Shown here in pieces: positions 47,741 through 60,251 of a stretch of DNA of 64,000 nt. The position numbers and the translations under genes are program-made. The stretch covers positions 255,998,001 through 256,062,000 of the forward strand of contig OZ024743.1 in the NCBI GenBank assembly GCA_964016885.1. Reading direction: 5' to 3'. Positions within the stretch are counted from its first letter, which is position 1, and every line of letters begins with the position of its first letter. A model generated the notes under the pieces. It was not told the DNA's origin, ran no database searches, and was given only the letters and a program-made list of their open reading frames with translations. The stretch is from Eledone cirrhosa (Eukaryota).

Positions 47741-47869
47741 ACATGGCCACAATCTTCTTCAAGCAGATTATTCAACCAAGTGCAGAACACGCAGTGCTGA
47801 AAGAGTCCATAGGGTGGGAAAAACATCTCAGTCATCTGCGTACAGAAATTCTCAATAGTGCATACATAC

Positions 47870-47964
<95 letters not shown>

Positions 47965-48334
47965 ATATCTCTCTATCTCTCTCTCACACACACACATACA
48001 TACATACATTCCATCATGTATTATACAATGACATATTTTCATCTGATGGCTTTTATGTCACTAGAAAAACATTAAATGTCAAGGATGTTAGTAACTGTAA
48101 ACCAAATTGATTAACTGCATGTAGCTTACATGTTTATAGGGATGTTGACCTTATATAGAAGACATGCTTCTGTTTTATGAAGTAGCTTTATTAATCTAAG
48201 TGGCATGGCTGATGGTAATAGAAATTAATGTAAAAAAATGAAATAGATATTAAGATATATGCAGACATACATATGTATACTTACATACACACACACATAC
48301 AAGCATGTGCAAATATAATCATATATGTGTGCTT

Positions 48335-48396
<62 letters not shown>

Positions 48397-48733
48397 GCTA
48401 ACTTGTGCCCTTTGGTCTGGAAAAAACAGTACCACCATCATCAGCAGCAGTAGTAGTAGTAAAGAAATTGATCATAATTAATTCCAGAAATATTTATATG
48501 TGGAATGGAAATGTTAACCCTTTTGTTACCATATTCTCAAAATATAAAATGCATGTCATATTCAAATAATTTTGAAAATTATTGAAAATTTAAAGATAAC
48601 TGACTTTCTCATTATTAAATTGGTGTTTGGAACATAACAAAGGTTCTTACATGAGATTATCTATTATCTTCAAATATATTTGAAAATGATCAAGAATTCA
48701 AATTGATTTAGTAATATAACTAATGTATACACT

Positions 48734-48789
<56 letters not shown>

Positions 48790-48797
48790 TATATATA

Positions 48798-50787
48798 TAA
48801 AATAAAGTTAAATAAAAGTCAAATAATTAAAATTTAGCTTCGTTTATTACTGCTATATATATTTCAGTGACAGCCATCTTTGGCTGTGACCTCTTCAGGC
48901 AGTTTGAATTAGTATGGTATAGACAAGTACATATGTTGTTTAGGTGTATGATATTGTCAATACTCTGATATGCCCAGTTCCTTGTTGGGTTGTTAATTCA
49001 CTGGGGAACTGGAGTCATATGAATTCAAACAAACGAATTTCAGTGTCACAGGTCCCCTTCTCCTATCATTGGTCAGTTATTAGAACATTCCTCATTCTAA
49101 GTGTTGTTATTGTTGGAGTTAGCTTAAAAATTGATAAAATGGTAGAAGGGACAAGGTGTTAAAGGAACAAAATAACAAAAAAAGTGTCAAACTTCCCATT
49201 GTTCAGTTCTGAGAGCATTCCTCAGTCAGAAGTCTATAGAATTCTTTCTGGGGTGAGGCTCCCTGTAGTGTTTTTGCCTGCTATTGCTCAGTACATTTTA
49301 CCTCCACCATTATTTTGGTACTCTTGTTGTTGTAGTGGTCAGCTTATATCTTGCTGCTGCTAACAATTTAGAAGTATCCAGTTTGTGTTTTTTCTTCATC
49401 CCTCCTGCCACCATCGTAGTGGTGGTGGTGGGGTGGGGGGTTCTTTCATGTATATGAAGAAATATAAGGCAATAAATGAAGAAAACAGAAAATAAATAAA
49501 TAATATAATAAAATAATTAATATAATTTGTGTAATTTGAAGATAAATAAATAAATAGAGAATAAAGAATAAAGAGTAAATGAGAGATTGGTGAAAAAGTA
49601 ATGATAATGTATATGGAGAAGTGAGAAATAATGTAGGATAAAGTGTGTGTGTGCTATAACCAATCTCAAGGTCAGAATATGTTGGATAGATTGGTATGAG
49701 ACAAGGTGTTAAGATGAGATATTCAATGTGTTTGTGTTATAATCTATCTCAACTTAAAATAAATATAAGGTGATACAGTGAAAAGGGCAGAAAACAAATA
49801 ACAAATTAATAAAGAGAAATCAAGATTTAAGATTGGAACTTGAAAGTCAGAAATCTGGTAAATTAAAAGTGTTTGTGTTATAGATGTTGGCCAAATTATT
49901 ATGGCTGTGTCCGATTCTATCTCTAGGCTATCATGGTGTCTGCTCCACCTGGGTTGTTCCCTGTGGCTTGAGGGGAGTTCACAACCTAGGGTGTTGTTAT
50001 TGCCCATATAGCTTGAGGGAGGTCTGGCCGAGAGGTGTTTTCATGTTCTGTAGAAGTCCACCACCACCACTACGATGGTGGCGGGAGGGATGAAGAAAAA
50101 ACACAAACTGGATACTTCTAAATTGTTAGCAGCAGCAAGATATAAGCTGACCACTACAACAACAAGAGTACCAAAATAATGGTGGAGGTAAAATGTACTG
50201 AGCAATAGCAGGCAAAAACACTACAGGGAGCCTCACCCCAGAAAGAATTCTATAGACTTCTGACTGAGGAATTCTCTCAGAACTGAACAATGGGAAGTTT
50301 GACACCTTTTTTGTTATTTTGTTCCTTTAACACCTTGTCCCTTCTACCATTTTATCAATTTTAAGCTAACTCCAACAATAACAACACTTAGAATGAGGAA
50401 TGTTCTAATAACTGACCAATGAGAGGAGAAGGGGACCTGTGACACTGAAATTCGTTTGTTTGAATTCATATGACTCCAGTTCCCCAGTGAATTAACAACC
50501 CAACAAGGAACTGGGCATATCAGAGTATTGACAATATCATACACCTAAACAACATATGTACTTGTCTATACCATACTAATTCAAACTGCCTGAAGAGGTC
50601 ACAGCCAAAGATGGCTGTCACTGAAATATATATAGCAGTAATAAACGAAGCTAAATTTTAATCATTTGACTTTTATTTAACTTTATTTTACACTACTCCG
50701 GAGTAACCAAACCAACCTGTGCACTTCGTCGAGTGCTCCAGCCTGCATACTGAGGTGTTGGTATACAACCAACATAAACTCAAAATA
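48798..50787 (+). mobile_element. Penelope-like fold-back element with ~630-bp inverted arms and 3' extension
   Basis: Arms 48798-49432 and 50059-50690 nearly identical; hammerhead in each; (TA)n flanks. Confidence 0.82.
50585..50639 (+). ncRNA. Minimal type I hammerhead ribozyme (inverted copy 48849-48903)
   Basis: ACTGC-CTGAAGA-stem ACAGCC/GGCTGT-GAAA-TATATA-TA-GCAGT. Confidence 0.8.
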
Positions 50788-50816
50788 TATATATATATTT
50801 ATATATATATATATAT

Positions 50817-51230
50817 GTCGCCAGCAACTAAATTGTCAACCCCACTAAGCTTGCTTGGTGAGGAAGGTGATTCTGGACACTCTGCAGGATGAAAAACAAG
50901 ACCCATCAAAGGGCAGAGGAACTCAGGAGATTCAATTGCCATCCAATAAAGATTTTTTTTTTTGTGCAGAAAGAGACTCCTAGTCTTCATTAAGACATCT
51001 CTCTAGGAGAAGGTAACTCTGATATAAAACCTGCGACTTCATTTGCATCCAATGATGTAGACCAGTTTTACTTTTTGGGTAAATGCATTCGATGTTCAGA
51101 GAATGGGATTGGCCCGATGCAAAGCCTTTCTTCACTTAAAAAAGCTTGAAACACAGGCATCACTTGATATGTGGCATTTTTTGCGATACAGGACTAAAAG
51201 GTCATGTCCATGATGTTCATGATTAAGTAT
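50817..51230 (+). mobile_element. Probable RTE 5'UTR fragment
   Basis: CTAGGAGAAGGTAACTCTGATATAAAACC resembles a motif I recall from RTE 5'UTRs; no ORF. Confidence 0.4.
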
Positions 51231-51979
51231 CAAGTGATGGCATTACTCAATAAAACAATTTTCATTTATGTTAATCGGCAAAGTAAAACACAGTTTGTGA
51301 AGGAAGGTGTATGGAAAAAGAAAATGAGGAATTAAGTGATGATGGTGAGAGAGTGGTAGAGTGTTAATGTTAGTGGATGTGATAATGATAATGGGAGTGT
51401 TGATGATAGTGCTAATGATAAACACAACTTACACAGCTTACACTCTATTGGATTAATACTGAAAAAAATTACATAACACAATACATACTCTAATTTAACC
51501 AATTCCTGACACGGCAACTCATATAACTGAATGCTTTTCTAGATAGTGACAACACATCAATATTACACAAGATACAAACAAACTTGACACTGAAGCACTT
51601 AACACCAACTCCGCAGCACATATGGAACATATTCACACCCAACAGAATAACACAAATAATACAACTCACATTATAATACTATAAACAACAGAACAAACAC
51701 TAAATACCACCAAAAATACCAAAGACAAATAGTTTTTCCCTCAGTGGGATTAGAAATCAGAATGTTAAGAACCAGAATAAATTCTACAATGCATTGTGTA
51801 GGCTCCTTTTCCCATGCAAAATGCAGAAAACCAGCATTTAACTTATCTCCTGGACTTACAAAATCTCAATTCGAAAAATGTATGATATACTGTAAACGTT
51901 ATGTAAAATGGTGGCATGTCTTATCTACTGATGCAACCTATGCACAAGTATATGCATTACATATTAGTTTAATGCTTGA

Positions 51980-52380
51980 TCATCATCATCATCATCAACA
52001 TCACCGTTTTACGTCCGTTCTTCCATGCTAGCATGAGTTAGACGGGTTGTCCTGTTGTGGGCAGTGTCTGGTCGGCTGACCATGCCTTGCTCATACAGGA
52101 ACTGATTCTGGCTTGATTTCTACAGCTGGATGCCCTTCCTAACACCAATCTCATTTACAGTGAGTGCTGGGTGCTTTTTTTCCATGGCGCCTACACGTCC
52201 ACTTTACAGTGTGGGCTGGGTGCTTTTTTGCCGTGACACCTCCACGACCACTTTGCAGTGGGAGGGTGTGGGGGCATATTGTCTATATGCTTCAGCTTGT
52301 ACCCATGGCAGGTCGGGTACTCTGTATTACTGTGTGACGCCAGAGGTCACAGTCGTGTGTCATCGCCTTTGAGAGGTGTA
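51980..52380 (-). mobile_element. RTE 3'UTR-derived element with (GAT)n tail (short sister copy 42615-42715)
   Basis: TTTTACGTCCGTTCTTCCATGCTAGCATG...GGATGCCCTTCCTAACACC. Confidence 0.8.
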
Positions 52381-52533
52381 ATTGGGTAAGGTCGGCTTTT
52401 TATAGTAGGAAAAGTGTCTTAACTTTTCAGACACCAGCCTATCATCAGAAGTTAGAAATAAAAGATGAAGTAGAAAGATAGAGAAGAGGAAGGAATGTAA
52501 AAAGAATTTTTGAGAAAAATCACATGTAGATTC

Positions 52534-52601
<68 letters not shown>

Positions 52602-55600
52602 AATTAATCGTCACATACCAATAACTGGTCAAAAGAATGGAATAATGGAAGAAAGAAAGCAATTGATGGATTTTCAATTCCATAAAATGACTAATCGTTA
52701 CTGATGACTAAAATTCCCTTGAGGGATGAATATATGGTGAATTGTGGAGTAATATAATTTAGAATGAAGATCAAAAGTATGAGGGAGAAAGATGGCATGG
52801 CATGGTGAAAATGTGTACCAAATTAAAGCTGATATTTAAAAATAAACATTAAAATAAATAAAGTAATAAGCTCTTTAATGAGATAAAATCCATTATATAT
52901 ATATATAATTATTTTTTTTAGATGTAAAAGAAAACTCATTATAATGAATAAAGCAAACGAGAGAATAATCAAATAATGCTGACTTTAAAATAATTTTTGT
53001 TTTAAAAAAATTAGATTAAAAAAGGAATAAATGCACATAAGAAATCAAGTGGTGGTAGTAATGGTGGTGGTGGGAAATATAATCAAAATTTCTAAGATAA
53101 AGGACTGAATACATAATGAGGTTAATTTCTCATTATATGAAGTAATTTTCTCGGATATTAAACTAGAATATCCCACCGCACATATAAACAAACATTAATT
53201 ATATATTTAGCTATAATAACACTAGATATTAGCTTCAGAATGAACAAAATAAATATCAATAATAATATTTTTTGGCAAGATTATTAATTTTTTTTATTTA
53301 ATTTATTTATGTTTTGGTAATTTGATAACTGCAATTAATTTTTTAATGAATGATGACCTTAATTAATTTCTAGGAAGCATGTCACATATTTAAAAATGAT
53401 ATCTATCTACCTAACAATCTATCTACTTACTTGTCTATCTATCCACCTACTTGTTTATCTATTTACCTACATATCTATCTATTTACCTACCTAAATATTC
53501 TGATTTGATTCTTCACAGTTTCATTACCATATTTCTAATGTAAGACAATGTCTATAATTATGAAATCATTCAGAAAATATTCAAGAATTTGGATACATTT
53601 AGTAATATTGTAATTATGAAGTTGATATTTGAAACATAATTTAAAGGTTCTTAGATAAAATTATGATGGAAGCTATTTTTAGATATCCACTTTAAAATAT
53701 ACAGCTTAGAATTATGGAACCAAGAGCAGTTTCAGGTGGTTTGGTATCTTAATGAAAATGGAACTAGTTCTGTAAAACAAGTTTATGAATAATGTCCATC
53801 ACACAATCGGCCCATTGAAGTATTGAGTACTTTAATTTGTATCTGGTTTAGAATAAGTACACTGTATTCCTGTGTGTTGTAAGAAGTGACTGTAAGGGCA
53901 TCAGACTGAAAAACATGACCAGAAAATGTCTTGTCCAACACATTCTAGCATAGAAAAGCCAATGGAAAAAGGATGATGATGATAATGAAGCCTTATTCTC
54001 ATGAACAGGACAAACAAGTCAATACCTACACATCCATCGATTAAATTATCTACCTACCTATATGTATTTTTTTCTGATGTATCTGCATGGATGTCTGTGC
54101 CCTTTTCCTTTATTTTTATTATTCTTTAGACAGTGACCCTTTTTCTTTATGTTTTTACTGTGAGTTATTTTTAAAAACAAATTATTGTTTAGACAGGGAG
54201 CTCTTTTTCAGGGCCTCTGAGATTGGTGGAAGGAAGTTAGGGAAAGAACAAATGATACTCAAATCAAAGACTTGTTCTGAATGCTTGCAATTGAGTGGGC
54301 TCTATTAATTGCCCCCAAGAACCAGATGGAGTTTTGGAACTTGGCAACAGATTACGTCTACCACATAAAAAGGTCACAGAAGAACTTGAACTCAAAATGC
54401 AGCAGAGTGTTGGAACAAATACCATGAAGCATCTCGTTTGAAGTTCTAACAATACCATCAATCTACCAGTCTGGATTTATACTTTTTTTACTGACCTTGA
54501 AAGGATGGCAGAGTAAAGTTGACACTAGAAGGATTTGAACTCAAAACACAGAGAGTCAGACCAAATAATGTAAAGCATTTAGCATCTGCTGTAACACCTG
54601 ATAAATCATTGTTATGTTATTTCATCCATTAAAGCAGTAGAAGAACTATGAAAAATACCTACAAACATACTCTGCACGAAAACTAGATGCGTGAAAAGTT
54701 AGAGATTTGAGAGCAAGTCTCTATCTTCTCACAACTAGATACTTCTAAGCCATTTTGATTGTGAGTGACAGTCATAGTTTAACATTTGTGCTAACAGTTT
54801 TCATAACATAGAGTGGCATCAGAAATAAAGAGCGAAGGTAACAGGGATGATGTTGATAAAAACTTCATCCTCTCTGAATCAGTTCTTTTAACCATTCTGA
54901 ATATATACTTCCAACATAAAACCAAAATGCTGTTACTATAAATTTCAACATTTCTGTATCATTTTTAATAACATGCCTGAAAATAAATGACATCCATGTG
55001 TAAATGTATGTGTGTCAGTATATCTGTATATGAATATCTCTGTGAACATATATACATGTGTCTGTCTGTGTGTGAATGAATGTATATTTGATTTCTCTTT
55101 GTATATATATATATGTCTGTGTATAAGTGAATATGTATGTATCATTTTCTTTACATCAGACACACATATAAACATATAGATGCACACATACATTCATAAA
55201 AAGACACACACATGAGAAAATTGTCGTTTAAACATTTAAACATTTATATATAGCAAAGCAAGATATTTCAGGTAAGTGATGGCAATGGGATATCAAACAA
55301 TTAAATCCAGAGCTGACAGCCAATAAACTGAAAGATATAAAAAGACATGACAAGTATGGAAAAGACATCATAAAAAAAATATATATGCACACATATACAT
55401 ATATATTGCTAATTATTAGGGTGCTTATCTGTGAAGAATACGCACTACAATGTCAGGAACATAACCTGGTTCTAGCAGATAAAAGCGCTCCACATAGTTT
55501 CCATATATGAAATAAAGTTAAGACAGATGTTATCTTTACATAATTGTATTTATTACATTATAATGCAATAAAAAATATAATGTAAACATAACATGTTTTA

Positions 55601-55636
55601 ACATTACCTCATATATATATATATATTTATATATAT

Positions 55637-55671
55637 AAAATGTATTTCTGGACGGCCAGAAATACCCGTCG

Positions 55672-55711
<40 letters not shown>

Positions 55712-55847
55712 AAAAATGTATGACCCCGGCAGAGCTCAAGCCGTTTCGACGGCTATTTCTGGACGTCCAGAAATACATTTTCCTATTACCCACTCTACTA
55801 CCCAAAGTATTGAGTACTCTGGTTCCTTACCACAACTCCTTCGTTAT
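55637..55847. mobile_element. Second member of the 28355-28626 Penelope-like family, rearranged
   Basis: Shares CAGAGCTCAAG and CATTTTCCTATTACCCACTCTACTACCC...CCTTCGTTAT. Confidence 0.7.
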
Positions 55848-55848
55848 G

Positions 55849-55887
<39 letters not shown>

Positions 55888-56024
55888 TATATATTCATTT
55901 ATTATGGCTAAACTGTCTGTCATGTTACTCTGGAGTTTCACTTCTGCACTATTTAGCCATAATATATGAATATTTAAACTCTACTTCAGTATTGAGTACT
56001 CTTTTCTCTCATCCGTCAACTACA

Positions 56025-57172
56025 TATCACATATGAGGAATTCCAGATACAAGTAGGAGTACATCAGGATTCGGTCCTCAGACCGCTCTTGTGCATTATA
56101 GTTCTCCAAGACATAACAGAGAACTTTAAGACTCGCTGCCCATGGGAACTTATTTATGCTGACGATCTGGTACTTATGGCAGAATCAGTAGAGGAGCTAG
56201 AGAATAAATTCTAGCTATGGAAACAGCAGTTGGAATCAAAAGGACTGAGAGTGAACCTAGCTAAGACACAAGTGTTGATAAGTAGAAAAGAGGACAAAAC
56301 TCTGATTTTATCAGATAGATGGCCATATTCGATGTGTAGAAAAGGAGTTGGCATACATTCTATAAAATGTACACAATGCAGATCTTGAGTACACAAGAGA
56401 TGTGTGATAGCAGGCAAACTAACAGGTAGAGGAAACTACATAAACAGTAGATGTACAGGGAAATTTGGCAGTAGAAATCGCAGTGATAGACACATTTTTC
56501 AAATGCAGGTAGGATCTACAGAGGTAGTTGATAGCTTCCGACACCTAGGTGATCAGATTAGCAAGAGAGGAATGTGCTCCGAGGCCATAGTATCTAGAAT
56601 AAGGAGGGGCTGGAAAAAGTTTAGGGAGCTGCTTCCTATGTTGACAAAGAAGGGTTTCTCCTGCCTACGAACGAAAGGCCGGTTATATGATGCCTGTTTG
56701 AGATGTGCGATGATGCATGGTAGTGAGACATGGGCAGCAACTGCAGAGGATATGCAACAGCTGGAGAGAAATGAAGCAAGCATGCTCTGTTGGATGTGCA
56801 ATGTCAATGCGCATGAATGACCAAGCATGGATGAGTTGAGAAAGAAAATGTGTATAAGAAGGATAAGCTGTAGTGTGCAGGAGAGAAGACTGCATTGGTA
56901 TGGACATGTGATGCACATGTCATGACCGTTGGATGACCGTTGGGTAAAGAAGTGCTAAGAAATCCCAGAAGAAGGAAGACGCGGTAGAGGAAGACCACAA
57001 AAATCATGGGTGGAGGTGGTGAGAGCAGACCTCAGATCGCTGAAGCTCAAAGAGGAGATGACGAATGACTGAGATGAATGGAGAGATGCTGTGCTGAATA
57101 GAGCCTGTCCCACCCTTGCCAGCAGAGAAAAGCAGAGGTAAAATGATGATGATGATGATGATGATGATGATC
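56025..57172 (+). mobile_element. RTE LINE 3' portion, decayed, with (GAT)n tail
   Basis: VGVHQDSV, ELIYADDL, SFRHLGDQI, MMHGSETW. Confidence 0.92.
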
Positions 57173-57597
57173 ATAAAAACTAAAAAAGGCATGGCCTTTT
57201 TTTGTCTTTTCAGTCATCTTAATATATATATTATGAAAAATGTAAAAAAGAGATAGTTGTTGTTTGTTTTTAAATGGATAACGAAGGCTAGAATATGATA
57301 CACTATAAAATAAAACTAAGTATATAATATAATATAAGGTAATGTATAATACAAAGTAGTTTTGAAAGAAGAAATAAATAAACTGCATTTTCCCCCAGTT
57401 TTGAAGTAGAATACAACTTATTATTTATTGACAGCAGTACTTTGCAGGTGTGAGTCTATGAAGAATTCCTTAACAGCCTTTGGTAGCTTTTACTGCACAA
57501 TACCAAAAGTGATGTGAGTAGCAAATAATAGTAGTAGTAGTAGTGATAATAATATTAACAATAATAACAATAATAACAACAATAATAATAATAATAA

Positions 57598-58359
57598 TTG
57601 TTTCTACTTTAGGCACAAGGCCAGCAATTACCCAGTGCATTACTGGTACTTTTATTTTATCGACCCCGTAAGGATGAAAGGCAAAGTCAACCTCGGCGGG
57701 ATTTGAACTCAGATCGTAAAGGGACGTAACTATGCTGGAAAGCATGGCGTCCGACCCTCTACCGATACTGCCAATCCACAATAATAATAATGTGCCAGCA
57801 ATTACCCAGTACTTTATTTTATCGACCCCATAAGGATGAAAGGCAAAGTTAACCTCGGCGGGATTTGAACTCAGAATGTCAAGGGCCGTAACTCTATGCG
57901 TCAAAGCATGGCGTCCGACCCTCTACCGATACTGCCAATCCACATTAATAATAATAATGAAGAGAAGTACGCACATGGTGGATAGAGTGTTATGGATTCG
58001 CTCCCGTAAGTTTTTGATTTTCTACATATTTAAAACAATTGTGATAGAATAATTCTTATTACAAATGGAACAAACAGCTAACAACAACACCAACAACACC
58101 AAAATAATTATTGTTGTTGTATCTCTAAACTCTCTCAAAATGTTTAGTTTAAACGATGTCAAATCTAAACTATAATAATAATTGTTTCTACTTTTGGCAC
58201 AAGGCCAGCAATTACCCAGAACATTACTGGAACTTTATTTTATCGACCCCGTAAGGATGAAAGGCAAAGTTAACCTCGGCGGGATTTGAACTCAGAATGG
58301 CAAGGGCCGTAACTCTATACGTCAAAGCATGGCATCCGACCCTCTACCGATACTGCCAA
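57598..58359 (-). mobile_element. Three copies of the tRNA-derived SINE (57598-57779, 57792-57943, 58180-58359) in (AAT)n context
   Basis: Same family as 31905-32093. Confidence 0.88.
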
Positions 58360-58549
58360 TAATAAGCAACAAGTCGAAAGATTATAGAACAGAACACAGA
58401 CAAAAACAAATCCAACAACAACAGATTTCAAAAGTTTTGAACGCAACAACCCCTACTTCCCACGTAGCTAAAATCAAAAACAGCAGCAGCAGCAACAACA
58501 ACACTAGTAACCGATGTTGCTGGCCTTGAAAAACGAAAAATGTAAGGGG

Positions 58550-58581
<32 letters not shown>

Positions 58582-60251
58582 AAGTCAGACATTCAAACAT
58601 TACAATGAAACTTATGTTTATTTTTTTTAAGTTTTCATCTATTTATTTGTTTATTTATTTATGTTCGTCTACAGTGTGATTGTGCCACGCTACAATCACC
58701 GGGGGTGATGAAATCACTGGGGGTGATGAAATCACTTGTGGTTATGTAACCATACATTCACCAATCCTCGATATGAGTGTTTAAATGTTGAACCTAAACA
58801 GTTCGAATAACGGTGAAATGGAGACTGGAATGTCATGTGACAGACTCTCAACCATCAAGTGACCCCTGGCCCAGCAGCAGGGACCTGGCTGTCATCCAAG
58901 TACTGCTGGTGTTGGAGGAAGAAGAAGGAAAGGGACAAGAACCAACTGGACGAAAGAATTGAATAGAACTGTCATGGAATGTTACCTGAAGAGTAACCCC
59001 AAGGAAAAAGGCTATAGGAAACGGATGCATAACATCTGGAACGAGATTGGTCTATTTAAATTAGATGAACACAAATTTGCCGGGTAGGCTCGGGTAATAA
59101 GAACTAATGGGTGGATAAGCGAGCTGGAACTGGCGGAACTGAGCAGAGAGATTAGGTTGGAAATGGAGAGTGGAGTATGCCAGACAAACGAGCCAGTGGG
59201 AAATGAAGGTGAAGAGGTTGAGAGAACGGAGGAAGCATCCGAAGCAGACAATGATCTGAATGCTGAAATAAATAACATCTGGAACAAAGATACGGCCATT
59301 GGGGAAATGAATGCTGACGGGCTAGGACAAGATTTGGTTGATATCCTAAACTTAGTGGTAGATGAAATGAACAATGATAGTGGGAAACCTATGAACCTAA
59401 GATTTGTAGACAGGAAAAAGTTAAAAGAAACAACAGCTAAAGTAAACAAAGTCATCCCATACCTTGAGGCGAGGAACCTTCACCAATGCAACAATATCCT
59501 CAGAGCAACAGCAAATGCGGTGAGGAAATTACTTGGCATAAAAACAAGAGGAAACAACAAACAAGAAAGATCAGAACCTTGGTGGAAGAAACGACTGAAT
59601 GGTCAAATCAAGGAAATGAGAAATGACATTGAAAAGCTTGAGTCCCTACTGAATGGGACACTACAAAACATAGATACTAAAAATAGACTGGAAATAAAGT
59701 ACAAAACTAGGAGGAAAAAGCTAAATATCATTATAGAGGAACTGAAGAAACGCATTGTAGCAAAGAGTGCAAAGATTAGGCGGTATGAGAACAGAGTCAG
59801 TCAGTATAGACAGAACCGCACGTTTGACAACAACCAGAAGATGTTGTTTGGACAGCTTGACGGGAAAGAAAGAGACAATGACTTGATCCCTGAAGCGGAA
59901 CAGACTAAGACATTCTGGAGAGGAATATGGGAGCAAGATGTTGAACATAATGATCAGGCAGTGTGGATTGAGACAGTACAATAGGAGATTAGTGAACAAG
60001 TACACCAACAAACTGATTTGAGTATCACAGTTGAAACTCTCAAAGGGCAGGCCAAAAAACTAACCAACTGGAAATCACCAGGCCCAGATGGTGTATTGGA
60101 TCAAAAATATAACATCCCTCCACCCGAAACTGACAAGCATGTTCAATGACTGCTTGTTGTCGGGTGAGGTACCAGAGTGGTTGACAAAAAGTACCACAGT
60201 TCTGGTAATGAAAGACCGAATCAAGGGTAATGATGTTACCAACTATAGACC

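Noticed and set aside
52700-55400. Host exons in the AT-rich unique-looking region
   Set aside because: Only short ORFs without motifs, interspersed with decayed SINE/MITE pieces
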